DNA of 56,885 nucleotides from Catajapyx aquilonaris (Eukaryota). The notes below the pieces were generated by a model. That model was not told the DNA's origin. It saw only the letters and a list, made by a program, of their open reading frames with translations, and searched no databases. Position 1 is the first letter of the stretch. Every line of letters starts with the position of its first letter. The stretch spans positions 1 to 56,885 of the forward strand of contig JYFJ02002446.1 of the NCBI GenBank assembly GCA_000934665.2, read 5' to 3'. Both the position numbers and the translations under genes were made by a program. Below are positions 12,379 to 25,395 of this stretch, one piece after another.

Positions 12379-12599
12379 CTTGGATCGACCTGTGTCTGTT
12401 TGTATGGAACGAAGCTGTGGAGGCAACAGTTAGAGTCGTTCAAACCGCCTTCCCCCTGGGCAACCATTCCCCCAATGCGTTACCTCCTTTTGGCCTGCAA
12501 CTCCGTCCTTCCCTGGCCACCCTCTGCCCAACCCTCCCCGAATATCAGTCGCTTTTCCGACCAGACTTGAACACAACCCGAACTACTCGAACACGAGGA

Positions 12600-12654
12600 G
12601 ACGCCATTTTTGAAGAGGAAAAAAAAAGACGTTACGAAGGGTGCATTCGGGTGG
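12600..12654 (-). promoter_or_regulatory. Shared 5' module of zinc-finger gene copy 2
   Basis: GGGTGCATTCGGGTGG at 12639-12654. AAAATGGCGTC with ATG at 12607 on the minus strand. Confidence 0.5.
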
Positions 12655-13774
12655 ATGGATGGCAGGACGGGTGGCGCCATCTCTCCTCGGGGATGAGAAA
12701 CACCACCACCTGTCATATATACGGTACCGTCATGGCACAGGCATGTTATTACACCAGCAATTGTTGCACTTCACAAGTGTCCATAAACCACAAGTCATGT
12801 TCCAAACTGCTTTATTTCTTTTTTATGTAAAAAAAAAATTTACAAATCACACCGTGCAAAAAATATTTCCAACTGATAATTTTTTTCCCTTTAACATAAA
12901 GGATAATGATGCAATGATAATTTTGGAATCAACCACTAAATAAAATACATACTAAAAACTGGGACACCATTATTATATTCATATCAAGTCATCTTGGGGG
13001 TGGGGCATGGGTCAGTCAATCCAAGACTTTGTTCCTTTGCATAGTAGATCTACTATTTGTAAGTATACATGATCATGTGCACACAAAAATTGCTACTAAA
13101 CTGATACTTTCATTACGGTATTGAACTCACTTTGTTGATCACGGAAAATGAAGTACATTCATATGCAGAAGTGTATTTACTATGAAGCCATGATCTGCAG
13201 ATTGATCCTTCAAAGTTGAGGGTTGATTCTGCCACTTAATTATGTTAAAACACTTAATTGACATCTAAATACATTACTTTTCTTACAGCATACCTGTATA
13301 TAATTTGTCACTTTTCATCTCACTCTTTTTTTGGTCTGTACTGACTATACTAATAGCAAAAACAACTCGGGTACCATGATTCCAATCACGCAGCTTACAT
13401 AATATACTCGAATTGATCCTGTCGTCTGGCAATTAAAAGGCACTCTCTTCTCCAATTAGCCTTCGAACAGGATGTACAAATATTTCTCCTCTTTTACAAC
13501 CCTTCACAATGTTATTATGCTATTATTCTTGGTGCCTGAAAGCAATCACGCTTGCATAGAACCTTTAAGTTGTCAAAAATATGTAACGAGAAGATAAAGG
13601 AGACAAAACTAGGAATCCCTGACATGAATTTGGCATATGGGAGTCCTGACGAGTGAACACAACACTTTATCACATGCTTTCATCCAGTTCTAATTGTCTG
13701 CTTGTCTTTCTAGACAAATATCAGGCAGTGTATGGAATAAAAGCTTCTTATAAATATACCTGATTTGTAGTGAA

Positions 13775-13861
13775 TGCACTACATCGCTCAAAAAGATGGG
13801 AACGACTTTGCATTTGGTTACAGTGCAAAATTGTCTCCATCTTTTTGAGCGATGTAGTGCA
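13775..13861. repeat. 87-nt hairpin / inverted repeat just downstream of the zinc-finger gene stop codon
   Basis: Perfect 25-bp arms TGCACTACATCGCTCAAAAAGATGG / CCATCTTTTTGAGCGATGTAGTGCA plus an imperfect inner stem. Confidence 0.85.
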
Positions 13862-13928
13862 CTTTGCAGGTGGCCTTTCCCTTGCCCGCAACCTTGGATT
13901 TGAGATCCTGGTTGTCGGAGGAGCTCAG

Positions 13929-16900
13929 TTAATGAATTGCTGATCCTGCTATATCTCCAGTAAATTCTTCCACTTCTGTAGTTGGGACCGTCATTTCCAT
14001 CTTTAAAGAAAAATTTAGAAACTTACATGAAAGAAGTAAAGAAGTAAATGTCTTGTCAGGCAGTTTAAGATAAAGTGCATTTTAGTCACCTGGTCATAAC
14101 ATCTTACGAAACATAATATTGGCAGTTGCCCAAAAAATTAAAACTGGCAAATGCCTGAAGCCTGAAACTTTCAACTGTACCTGCAGTATAGCAACATTTT
14201 CCATAGTTCTTGCTCTAACATTGGGTGCCACTGGACCATTACGAAGACAATTCTCCGTTGCTTGCACATCTGATGGCAACTCATCTGGCAAATCTGGTGT
14301 GATCTGCTGACAAAGGAGACAAATCCATTCAACTGAATTGCATGTGCATGTGCAGTGAAGAAATTGAACTAACCTGCATGTGCTCAGAGTCAACATCAGA
14401 TGACGTGTAATTGTCTACCAGCATCTGAGATGGAATGGATGACAACTGTAACTGTGATGACAATATTGGGTAAGGCTGATCACGTGAGTTTGCAAAACTC
14501 GGAATCATGTTGTCCACAGCTGAGTTGCAGGTGAATAGGAAAGGACCTATTCCAGATGGCAAAATGGCCTGATCTGTGTCAATTATTAATGGCACTGCAT
14601 TTTGCAACAGTGTAGAAATTGTCTGTGGAGCCGATGTAGCAGCAGCAGATATTGGGGTGGCGGAAGCCAAGTTCACTGGGCCTTGGGGTACAACAGGCTC
14701 AGAAGCTGGTTTAGATATACACTTAGTTGCTCCAGTATGTAGTTTATTTTTGGACGTTTTGGCCACTGGGATTGCAGCTTCAAGCTTGTGGCGAGCAGCA
14801 TGGGCAACCCACTTTGCACGATTGATGGTCCAAAATGTGCACAGGCCACAGCTAAACATCAACCCTTCACTTTGCCCTGAAATATCACGTTGAAATTGCT
14901 AGTACACATTATAAAAATTATTATTAATGAATCGATAACTCACCTGGATGGTTGTTCTTAAGATGCACCTTGTAGGTGTTGGCTTGAATACAAGCATATG
15001 TGCAGAAGGGGCACTTGTAGGCCTTCTCCCCAGAGTGCCTCATCTTGTGTCGTCGAAGAGAGTTGTGGTCTGAGGTGCGGTAGTCACACATGTCACACAT
15101 AAATGGCTTCTCGTGCGTGTGCTGCCTAATGTGCAGATTTTGAGCAGCTCTGTTTGATGCGGCATATCCACAGTAGCTACATAGATTTGGGCGTAGCTTG
15201 TTGTGAACCGTGTCCTTGTGTGTACGCACCATGCGCTTGTCAGAAAAACGCCTTTGACAAATGTCACACTCGCCACTGCTGATCAGTCTATGAGGCCTTT
15301 TATTCTCATGAATCACCTGCATGGGATAAATTTATTAATATGTACACTTGTTCAAAGCTTTACAAAATGATAGTGATGATTACACTAACCTTGTGGTTTA
15401 AAAGCTGCTTTCTTGTCTTGAACATTTTTCCACATGTCTTGCAGAGAAATGAACGCTCGCTGCCATGGATTTGCTGGTGGTTATTCATCAAATTGCTGTA
15501 ACTGAACAAGAACATGAATTTATGGTTACATATGCATACCAAGATCATAGGTTTCATGCCAAATGTTTTTAGGAATCAAAAGGTAGGCAACAGCATTATT
15601 TTTGTAACATTACAATCACATACAAATTGTTATGTTTACTGAAGATTACCTGATGGTCTTGTAGTTGCATATGTCACATGAGTAGAGTTCCATGTCAATC
15701 AAATGTGCCTTCCATAAGTGCAATCTCACAGACTTCCATATGGCAAACACTTCGGTGCACTCAGGACACTCATACCACCGAGCACTATGATGGCATCGTT
15801 GGTGATATTCAATGTTGTCGTGTGACTTCATCCGTACTGCACAGCCTTTCTTGTTGCACTTGTACCTCCATTCCTTCACACCCATGCCTTTCGAACCTCC
15901 TGGCTGCACCTGGCCTTTTGAATTTTCATATTCATTTGCATCCAAGTCTGAACTTTGATCCTCACAACTGTCCATACTACTTGGGCCTCCTTCACTCTCA
16001 CATCTTTGTGCCAATGCATATGTGTTAGAGCTGCCATTGTGTTTCATAACTGCAGAATGTTCGTGACTCTCATATTCATTGCTTGACTTCTCTTTCTCCA
16101 GGCTAAGCACTTTAATAGCATCTCGGTTATCCACGTAAGTTTGTAGCTGTGGAGGAGTTTTTTTCTTCTTCTTACTCTGCAGGAAAATCAGCCATTCAAG
16201 TTCAGTGTTCCAGTTAGTGCACATCATGAAAATTACCAAACAATTATCATGAAAAAGAAACTGTTACTATTAGAAAGGATTGGACATGTACTTTCAAGTT
16301 AAACATAATCAAATTACTCTCACCTCGTTCTCTTTGTCTAGCTCAGCAAGTGCGGAAGACATCAGTTTATTCAGGAACATTTGCACGTGCCCTTGCTTCA
16401 TGTTGTGGTATTTCACCAGGTGAACCTTAAGCGGCTCCTGATTGAAGAACACGTTGGAACATCCAGGGCACTGCAACTTCGGCAGTTTCTCCCCTACACT
16501 GCTGTCATCCTCTGACTCTGGCTCTGATTCAGTCAAGTCTTCCTCGTGTTCTTCGTCAATGTGTCTTGACATCCCATTCTTGTCCATGCACAAAAAGGGA
16601 CAGATCTGGCATTTGAAGCAAGCTACTTGTTGCATTCCGCCTGCCCTTTTCTTTGTCTTCTCCGCTCTCTTGTGCACAGTGACAATTTCACTTGCGTCAT
16701 TGCTCTTATTGCTATGATGCTGCTTGTACACAGCATCTGGAGGAACTGACTCAATATCAGAATTATTCCTGTACTGCACATGGGAATTGCAATTACCACC
16801 ATCTACCATTGCATCTCTAGTACCGTCCACGCTATCCACTTGCATTGAAGGTGATGGCTCATTAAATGTGTACGAGTTGGTGAATCGGGCCTGACTGAAA

Positions 16901-17505
16901 TTAGGTGAAAATGTCACAGGTTGCGATGATGTTGTCATGACAGGTTCAGATGAATAAAAATTCGCTAGTGTTGCAGGAGCAAGTGTGAGCAGTGGTTGTA
17001 TCAGAGCAATTGACGTATCTTCATTGCTGCCTGTTTGTAGATCATGTGGCACTGCGCTGACTTCATGGGACTGACTTGATGTCCGATTAGAGCCCATGGT
17101 TAGATCAAGCGTTTGTTCATCGGACAAGTGTCCATCTGGAAATGACCCACTCAGTTCTGACATTGAAGATGGAAGCACAGAGCTAATTTGATCAGACGAT
17201 ACACCAAGATTATCCGACTGAGATTCTGGAAACCCAGGTGAGGACTTCATTAATAAGCCACGGAGGTGGAGATCTGATATTGGCTGAAGCTTTGATTTAA
17301 ATACCGACACTGGTGGCAATGGCCTTGTCGATTTACGCTGTGTTGCCAGCAGATCAAGTGATCCAGCATCTGCCTTGGACAGCACGGCCGTGACAGGCTT
17401 ATTATCGGATGGTGCAGAGGTAATCACCAGGTCATCAGTGGGTGAACAGTATGCTGTCCCACTTGTCACTATATCAGTTGTTGGAAGTGCTGCGAAGGTT
17501 GCCAT
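13929..17505 (-). CDS. Multi-C2H2 zinc-finger protein, ~964 aa. Exons 17505-16324, 16176-15650, 15501-15390, 15316-14944, 14876-14374, 14306-14181, 14000-13929
   Basis: Many C2H2 fingers with HTHEKPF and HSGEKAY linkers. All introns are GT-AG with matching phases and the exons sum to 2895 nt. Probable 5'UTR intron at 17572-17515. Confidence 0.88.
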
Positions 17506-17679
17506 CGTAAATGCCTGTAAAATTAAGCAATGGATACATTTTCGACTAGCATTGAACCATTGACAGCATTACCTTGCCTCCGTCCTTCTCTGGTCCAAAC
17601 CCTTCCAACAATGTCCTAACTCTTCCCAATTAACATCAATCAAAGAGACAGTGAGGCACTTCCAACGTAGGCTGAAGAA

Positions 17680-17719
17680 GACGCCATCTTGGAAACCATT
17701 ATGGGGTGCATTCGGGTGG
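17680..17719 (-). promoter_or_regulatory. Shared 5' module upstream of the large zinc-finger gene
   Basis: GGGTGCATTCGGGTGG at 17704-17719 and AAGATGGCGTC with ATG at 17687. Confidence 0.5.
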
Positions 17720-18117
17720 CTGAAGCTCTCCGGGATCTGTCATTGATGCGTGCTGTCATCTCTCATCGTGTGTACGAAACATCATGTATGTCCCGCGATA
17801 ATTTAATTATTCAGCACATTGCATGTGCCTTTCTTTTCATACACCATGCTCGAAACACTAAGTTTGATGATGCAGTTTATTTAAGATAGTTGTTACAAAC
17901 AATACTTTACAGCAGAAGTAGCCTACACAGTCATACACTTTGAGACACGATCATATAACGCACATCATAAAGACACGACAACATGTGCTAGAAATGTGCT
18001 GAAATTTTTGTCAGAATGTGTGAAAAAATGAATGATTACACATTCTTCTGTGCAGCATGCTAATAATATGGCCGTGCGTACTTCGGGAAGTGTTTGTAAC
18101 TGGTTTGCAAACAGCTT

Positions 18118-20085
18118 TCAGGGACAGTTATTACATCGACAGCTAACTTTCCGGATGCAGTTACTCTTTTTCCTGCTGGAGAAGTGCAGTATTTCCATCA
18201 AGAATGAAATGAGCGCCAGGAATATTCCTGCCAGCAACAAGCAAAAGGCTCCTTGCAGCTTCTCCATGGAGAATACTGCTTTATTCCCAATCGCCCGTCC
18301 GCCAGAGGTTCGTCGTTCTGCTTTCCTAGCGAGATGCCAAAATGTTCTGAATTTGTCCCAACGGTCGCTCTTTACGCCAAGACCAATGCTGTTGAATGCC
18401 TGCACCCAATAGTTGAAATTATTGGAGTACACGCTGTCTTTAGAGAAAGCTATTGACATGAAAAAGACAGCAAGAGAATCGTCGGATATGAATGATGGGA
18501 ATGCAGCGTCTATCGAAGGCATAGCATGCATAGCCCTGTAATATTTCAGAGTGGTTTCATCTGCTAGGCACACCCGATTTTCGTCACTGATAGTCAGCAC
18601 ACATTGCTTTTCCTTCATGATTTGTATTTTCTCAAATATTCCTTCGCTGAGGCCGTCATCACCAGCAGATTTCATAAACTCATACATGTATGACAATGTA
18701 TTGATCAGAAATTTAGACTTAATCAGTTCTCCAAAAGTGTGCGGGATTTTCTCTGTAGGAGGATACGTCAAGAAATAAAACAACTTTGCTTCGTAACCTG
18801 TCCCTGCGATGTTTGCAAAGAAATACCAAAAAATCAAGGCAATCATAAACGATAAACACATGTCACTGTTGACATCTGGGTACTGGTCAAGTGCCACTCG
18901 AGCCAGGTACTTAAAGCATCCAAACCAAGTACGGAATCTGAGCAAGAATGCACTGTGCTGTAGCTGTCGTTTGGAGAAGTAAAAGAGGAAACATCCGTAC
19001 ATGAGCAACGAAATGAAGAAGCAACACCAGGGTAAGAGTTGGTATGGATAGGCGATAATTAAGGGTGTGTTGATCTCCTTTGGATTTCGTGCAAGGAAGG
19101 CGACTCTGTCTTGATCGTGAGGAGTGATCATCCCGAACACCGCGCTTGTCACTTCTAACAATGGAATGCTGATCAAAAGTCCCAATTTTTCACTGCTGAC
19201 ATCCTGAACAGTTCCGAAAAATTTGCTCATATTTTTGGCAAGTTGAGATATTTCCAAATTTTCTGCACTCCATTCGAAATTGAGCGCCTCTCCTAAAAAG
19301 CATGTCATATGCAAGTGCAAATACACGTTAGAGTTGCAGTCTTTCGAACTAAACACCTCGTAAGCAAGTGCGTGGACCATTTTTCCATGAAAATTGTTAG
19401 CAGTGTCTTTCAACAACATATTTCCAAAAACATCTGTCATGCGGGTTGGGTTCACTAAAACCGATTCGATGGAAGGTTCACCATGAGAGCAGAAGAAGCA
19501 GACAGATGACAACTCGGTGGTTCCGTCTTCTTGAACTGCGATGCCTACTTTGTACTTCAGTTTCAAAGTAGGTCTTCGTGGCAGGTAATCTTCCTCTTCT
19601 GGTTTGTCCCTGATCCAGATCACAAACTTATCTTCCTTCTTGTTCACGACGACTATGCCTTCCTCAGGATCAAGCATCTCCTCCATAGCATCTTCGTAAT
19701 TCTCGAAGCAGGTGGTCACCAGGTTCACCAAGCACTTATACTGTCGAATATGGGTGAAAATAACAGGATCATGCTCGAGATCACTTGATCCCGACGACGA
19801 GCAGTCCCATCTGCTATGCTGAGAACCAGTATATTTGGCCAGAAGGACAGGCCTTCCTGCCAGGGACATGTTGGACAGGAGAAGCTCCAAATGTCTGGGC
19901 CAATCCCATCCGAGGTCATGGGTTACTGCCAGTGGACACTCCAGGTCAAGCAGGTCACCGTCCTTGAGCAAACTCCACATTGATTCAGTAACATGTTCCG
20001 GTAACTGCACCTGGATCACTGGGATGTCACACTGTACAATACTGAGAGAAAATATAGAAAACGTGAAAGTAAACAGCGGTTCCAT
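18118..20085 (-). CDS. Divergent ionotropic receptor (IR), subfamily A, intronless, 655 aa from the ATG at 20085
   Basis: Signal peptide, CFFC motif, M1 hydrophobic helix, M3-like GYEAKLFYF, P..F.EL motif, S2 lobe and final TM. Confidence 0.85.
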   Translation of the reverse strand: MEPLFTFTFSIFSLSIVQCDIPVIQVQLPEHVTESMWSLLKDGDLLDLECPLAVTHDLGWDWPRHLELLLSNMSLAGRPVLLAKYTGSQHSRWDCSSSGSSDLEHDPVIFTHIRQYKCLVNLVTTCFENYEDAMEEMLDPEEGIVVVNKKEDKFVIWIRDKPEEEDYLPRRPTLKLKYKVGIAVQEDGTTELSSVCFFCSHGEPSIESVLVNPTRMTDVFGNMLLKDTANNFHGKMVHALAYEVFSSKDCNSNVYLHLHMTCFLGEALNFEWSAENLEISQLAKNMSKFFGTVQDVSSEKLGLLISIPLLEVTSAVFGMITPHDQDRVAFLARNPKEINTPLIIAYPYQLLPWCCFFISLLMYGCFLFYFSKRQLQHSAFLLRFRTWFGCFKYLARVALDQYPDVNSDMCLSFMIALIFWYFFANIAGTGYEAKLFYFLTYPPTEKIPHTFGELIKSKFLINTLSYMYEFMKSAGDDGLSEGIFEKIQIMKEKQCVLTISDENRVCLADETTLKYYRAMHAMPSIDAAFPSFISDDSLAVFFMSIAFSKDSVYSNNFNYWVQAFNSIGLGVKSDRWDKFRTFWHLARKAERRTSGGRAIGNKAVFSMEKLQGAFCLLLAGIFLALISFLMEILHFSSRKKSNCIRKVSCRCNNCP

Positions 20086-21860
20086 TGTTTTGGTGTGGCC
20101 GATCTGTTCCTGTAACACTCACTCACTGGAATAATCCGACCTGAGATGAAGCGTGTGCTACCCACAAACAATGTCAGGAAAGTGAGCAATTTCCTTGAAC
20201 AACCAACTCCTCCTATCATTCCTGTAATAATTGTACGCTTCATATGTCACGGACGCATATGTTTCCACACCCTTCTCCGTAATGGTATCTTGCGAAATGT
20301 GCGCATAAACCATCCATATCCTATTATTACACAGGTTGGTGCACACACCCAAGACACCAAGTCACAAGGGAGGGGGAAAAAAACCTACCGGTTCATTATT
20401 GAACCCAGCAACAACACGAGTGGGTCAAAGTAGTAGCCTATCATTGGAGTTTGATGATTCATTATCCTAAGAGTTATTGGTAGGATCCACGCGATCGGTG
20501 TACTGTGTATACCTATTAAATACTGTATCTTGGAAGAGTATGGAAATGAACAATAAATTGAATTAAACATGTCTAAAACATTAATAAACTTTTTGCTGTA
20601 TGTCGTTTACATTATTTTTATTACACATTTTCATATTATTTCAGCCCTACCTCGGATCGAATGAATTTGGACAAAATGATTTTTCAAGACAATAATTATT
20701 AATCTTTTCTGTAGACTACCACACTGATTATAAAAGTGGTCTTTGTTAATTAAAGGTCTCTTTTAAAACTATCACAGTGTTGCCACTACCTTTCATCCAA
20801 CCCTCGTACATGTATACACTACAAGCTTTGGTACTACATGCGCACAAGAACATCCCTATCAACACAAATAATCATATGACAGCATAATAAATTCATCATA
20901 AGTTAGATACTAGTAGAGGTTGACTTGAAGCCGGTCAAAAAACAAGTCGAAAATGTGGAGGACATGGGGGAAATTTATGAGGTGGATGTCCAGAATCATT
21001 GACCAGTGCCAGTTCATTAAGGCATGCCACCTACCAGAGGCATTGTTACGGTATGTTGCAATTATTGCAGTAACTCTTTCCGAAGGTAGTTTGTTATTCA
21101 GCGAAGCATTGTTCCGTTGGTGACACTAAATGGCATCGACTGGTGATTTCTTGGAAAGGACTCGAGTTTCCAGCAAGGCAAAGTGGATGTAGATCAAAAC
21201 ACTTACTTATTAATATTTTACAAAGAGGTTTGGCGATGGACATACTTGCCGTTACAATTGAAATATCTATTGCAAAAAGCACATAACTTACCTTTAAAAA
21301 AATCACTTTTCAGGACCATTTCAGAACCACTATACTTTATGATTTTCATCGTACCTTGTAAATTTCCACAAACATAAGTGCTTCAAGTCATTTACAGAGG
21401 TAAATTTGAGCTTGTTTTCTCATTTATAAGTTGTATCGGAATTATAGCAGTGGTGGCAAGTTACTTTTAAAAATTATCAAGATTCCTTTTTCATGGCGTT
21501 CCTTTCTGCATATTTTGACGGAAATTATCAATTATTTCAGTGTCTAAAACATACAGTTTCACCCTGTGTAATGTGTACGCTGCCAATACAGTTGCATAAG
21601 TGATATGCTCCAGATAGGCCTATGACTCTGCATGTAAAAGGTCAAACACCTCTAGCACTTTTGGCGTCATATCGGGCGTGAAATTACAGCGCATGTAAGA
21701 TAATAAATTATTATCGAATAGGCTCCAAATTACGACAGTGCAACGTGATATATTATGTAGTTCCTTCAGTGCAGTCGCAGGAAAAGCACGCATTTTACAC
21801 ATCATTGCAATTTAGGTCGAGTAACATAGAAGCAACATTCGTCAGTTACTCCAAAGAAAA

Positions 21861-23828
21861 ATGCAAATTCTTTTGGCCATTGTCTTTGGTGCCTTGTCAT
21901 TTCCCTTGGGGCATTGCAGTGTGTCAGTGACTGAAGAGGGTCACGTGTTGGATGGACAAGTGACCGAGTCTGTTTGGCACCTTCTGCAGGGAGGGGACCG
22001 GGTGGACAGGGAGTGTCCCCTGGCCCTGACCCATGACCTCGGGTGGGGATGGCCTGCACATCTGGAGGTCATGGTGTCCAACATGTCCAGGGCAGGAAGA
22101 CCAGTGTTGCTGGCCAGATCCACTGGTTCTTCTCTGGAGAGATGGGACTGCTCCTCGGGGGGATCCAACAGCGATCCCGAAGGTGATCCCGTCGCATTCC
22201 AACCATCTCGACAGTACAAGTGTTTGGTCAACCTGGTCACCGTTTGCAGCCAGAACTACCAAGAAGCCATGGAGGAAGTGCTGGATCCTGAGGAAGGAGT
22301 GGTCAAGGTCAAGAAAACAAAGGACAAGTTTCTCATCTGGATCAGGGACGATCAGGATCAGAGATACCTGTTGGATAACCCAGCTTCGACGCTCAAGTTC
22401 AAAGCAGGTGTTGTCACCAAAGACAGTGACATCGCAGTGATCTCGTCAGTTTGTTTCTTCTGCAATCAGGGTGAACCAACTGTAGAAACTGTTATGTTGA
22501 ACACGAGCAATTTGCCACATGCACTGCTGACAATGATGTTTGAGGACACCGCTTATGACTTTCACGGAAAGATGTTAAGAACTATTTATTACGATCACTT
22601 CAGCTACGAAGAATGCCATCCGCATGATAGGTGGAACATTCTTCTCGTCTGCTTCATTGGCGAAGCTCTCAATTTCAAATGGAAAGCCGATTACGTGAAC
22701 CTTGCTGAAATTATTGGGGATATTGGCAAAGCACTTGAAGCTCTGGACGACCTTAGAAAGGGAAAGATATCGTTCATATTATTCTGTCCCAATATTGAAA
22801 TACTAAACACTGCATTCGATTTCATAACTCCACATTTTCAAGATCGCATTACGTTCCTGGTACGCAAACCCAAAATTATCGAAACGCCCTTGATAATTTT
22901 TTATCCGTACCAAAAAACCCCATGGTGCTGCTTTCTTTGTTCTCTATTTATGTACGGAGTCTTTTTGTTCATTTTGTCAAAACGACAGATTCGAACCAAT
23001 GATAACAATTTTTTGACTAGATTTCGCGCTGTTCTAGGAAGCTGTCAATATTTGGCACGAATCATGCTTGGCCAGGATCCAGGATGTAACACTAGAATGA
23101 ATCTTTCATTTATGATCGCCTTAATATCCTGGACTTATTTTTCAATGATAACTGGGACTGGTTATGTTGCAAAATTGTTTTATTTATTTGCTTACCCTCC
23201 AACGGAGAAAATTCCCCGGACTTTTCCGGAATTAATTGAATCCGAGTTTGGCATAAATATAATGGCATTTATTCACGAGTTACTTTTTGCAGGTGGTACA
23301 GACATGCTGGATGAAGCAGCTCTTAGAGTTACAGATAACATGGTCCTCGTGTCACAGGAGGATTGTGCACACTCGGTTTTAGCAGATAATGTAGTGTGCA
23401 TGTCCACTGTGGACCTGCTGGAGTACTACATGTATCTCCGATTTCTTTCGAGTGACGGGCAAATCAATACATTCATTTCCGATGATTCGTTTGGTTCATT
23501 CTACTTATCAATGGCCTTTTACAAGGACACCGTTTATTCCGCCAACTTTGACTTTTGGACGCAGGTGTACAACAGCATCGGCCTGTGGGCGAAAAGCCAC
23601 AGTTTCAATCAGTTTGTGAAACACTGGCGACTCGCGAGATTGGCGGAACAAAATGGATTAGACACTGATGTGAAAGGCGGAATAGTATTTTCTATGGAGA
23701 AGTTGCAGGGAGCCTTTTGCATACTTTTAGTCGGAATTGCATTGGGTCTAGTAGTCTTCTTGAAGGAAATTATTTGCCGCAAAAAAAATCTGCAGGAAAT
23801 AAAGGGCAGTTTACGTGTCACAACGTGA
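21861..23828 (+). CDS. Divergent IR, subfamily A, 655 aa
   Basis: Same architecture; paralog of 18118-20085 and 25996-27963. Confidence 0.88.
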   Translation: MQILLAIVFGALSFPLGHCSVSVTEEGHVLDGQVTESVWHLLQGGDRVDRECPLALTHDLGWGWPAHLEVMVSNMSRAGRPVLLARSTGSSLERWDCSSGGSNSDPEGDPVAFQPSRQYKCLVNLVTVCSQNYQEAMEEVLDPEEGVVKVKKTKDKFLIWIRDDQDQRYLLDNPASTLKFKAGVVTKDSDIAVISSVCFFCNQGEPTVETVMLNTSNLPHALLTMMFEDTAYDFHGKMLRTIYYDHFSYEECHPHDRWNILLVCFIGEALNFKWKADYVNLAEIIGDIGKALEALDDLRKGKISFILFCPNIEILNTAFDFITPHFQDRITFLVRKPKIIETPLIIFYPYQKTPWCCFLCSLFMYGVFLFILSKRQIRTNDNNFLTRFRAVLGSCQYLARIMLGQDPGCNTRMNLSFMIALISWTYFSMITGTGYVAKLFYLFAYPPTEKIPRTFPELIESEFGINIMAFIHELLFAGGTDMLDEAALRVTDNMVLVSQEDCAHSVLADNVVCMSTVDLLEYYMYLRFLSSDGQINTFISDDSFGSFYLSMAFYKDTVYSANFDFWTQVYNSIGLWAKSHSFNQFVKHWRLARLAEQNGLDTDVKGGIVFSMEKLQGAFCILLVGIALGLVVFLKEIICRKKNLQEIKGSLRVTT

Positions 23829-25339
23829 CACACCAGTCACCACACTTGTCTTAGGAAGTAAAATATGTACGTCATATTTATTTTCCAAAAAAAAGTAGAC
23901 GATAACAATGCTCCCGTATAATTTTGTGCGCCTGAAGTAATAATGAGGAATAATTACACCGTAAATAACCTATTACAACCAAAGTTGATACTGTGAAGGG
24001 TTGCATAACATTACGGTCGCTATACCTATAGTGTTCAGAAAACTGAATATAATAAATTTGAGACCTGTTTTGGTGATTTCAAATTTAAGAAGAGAATATT
24101 TTTGTTATATAATATATAAAATGTAATATGCTGTATATAATGATAAGTTGATATTATGTAAGGAGTGCTTATTCTTGTTTGACCATCCTGAATGATATTT
24201 CTAAATATTGTGATCCACGACACCAAATTATCCCTTCTCAGTCAGGCACCCTAGTTAAGAGCAGATAATACTACTTTACACATGGATTTTAAATTGTATA
24301 CTCACAGTTACGGATTAAATAAATTATGATGCAAATATGCAAAGGTGAAAAAAACGAGCCTTATTGTACATTTTTGTCCAAGATCCGCAGCAGTGAATTT
24401 CTTTCATACTGAATTTTCAAAGACAAAAATTAATATTTATTACGATGGGCTGAGTCCCTCAATTTGTGCCAGTTATATAAAATTGAAAAAGCATGGTTTT
24501 CGTAATATACCGGAATAGCCTCAAGAATATTCAGCATTGAAACGTGGCCTGGAATCAATAGTGCATTATTATTACTGCCAAGATGTAAATGTATGTGAAA
24601 TTGGGCGTATAATTACTCTCGGCAGAGTTGTCGATAAGGGAATTTCTAAAGGTCTTGGTCCGGGGGGGTATGTGGTGCAACTAGACGGAATCGTCTGATA
24701 CTTGATTGGACACCAGCTGATTTGCACCAAGGTGGCACTCATGACGTTGATTTCTGAACTGTGAACAGGTTTGTACAGTTTCGCAATGATGCATTAATTG
24801 GTGCTGATTTTTTTTTCTAGAATGTACTAAGCAAGCAAGGGGCCAATAAGTTACATTAAGTCAATTTTAGGTGCCAAAGAGAATGATTTTTCCTCATTAC
24901 CCCATACTTAGCCCTATTAGTTATTACTTACTAACAAATTTATTTCAGAGTGTATGACTCTAGTCTACATTAAGATAGGTTTTTTGATACCCAAAAAATG
25001 CCAATTACTCCGGTTAACATATATTATTAACACAAAGAATACAATAATACTAGCACATTATGTAAATGTTCCGGAAATATTTTAATTTCGTTGATAAGTG
25101 ATATAAATGAAGTACTTTTTACCATAAAAATGCCAATTACTCGAAAACTATACGTGAGGGAGTCAAATGGTTAACAAATTTGAAATCAGGACAGAGAGTT
25201 CCATAGGAATCGCACACTCATGTATGCGCCAAAAAAATTGTAATTTTGTCGATCAGTGTTACATATACATTGACGGAAGTTCATTGCTACCATAAAATGA
25301 TGATTACTCAAAAACGTGGATAGAGATTCGATGGGTTCA

Positions 25340-25395
25340 TTCTCTCCGTGTTCGCGTGGGTTTTCTCTGGGCTTTCCCGTTTCCTCCCACAATCA
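25340..25395 (+). mobile_element. SINE V-domain-like fragment
   Basis: TTCTCTCCGTGTTCGCGTGGGTTTTCTCTGGGCTTTCCCGTTTCCTCCCACA resembles the V-SINE central domain. Confidence 0.6.

Noticed and set aside
11929..12570. 213-aa plus-strand ORF
   Set aside because: Antisense shadow of the zinc-finger exons; no recognisable domain.
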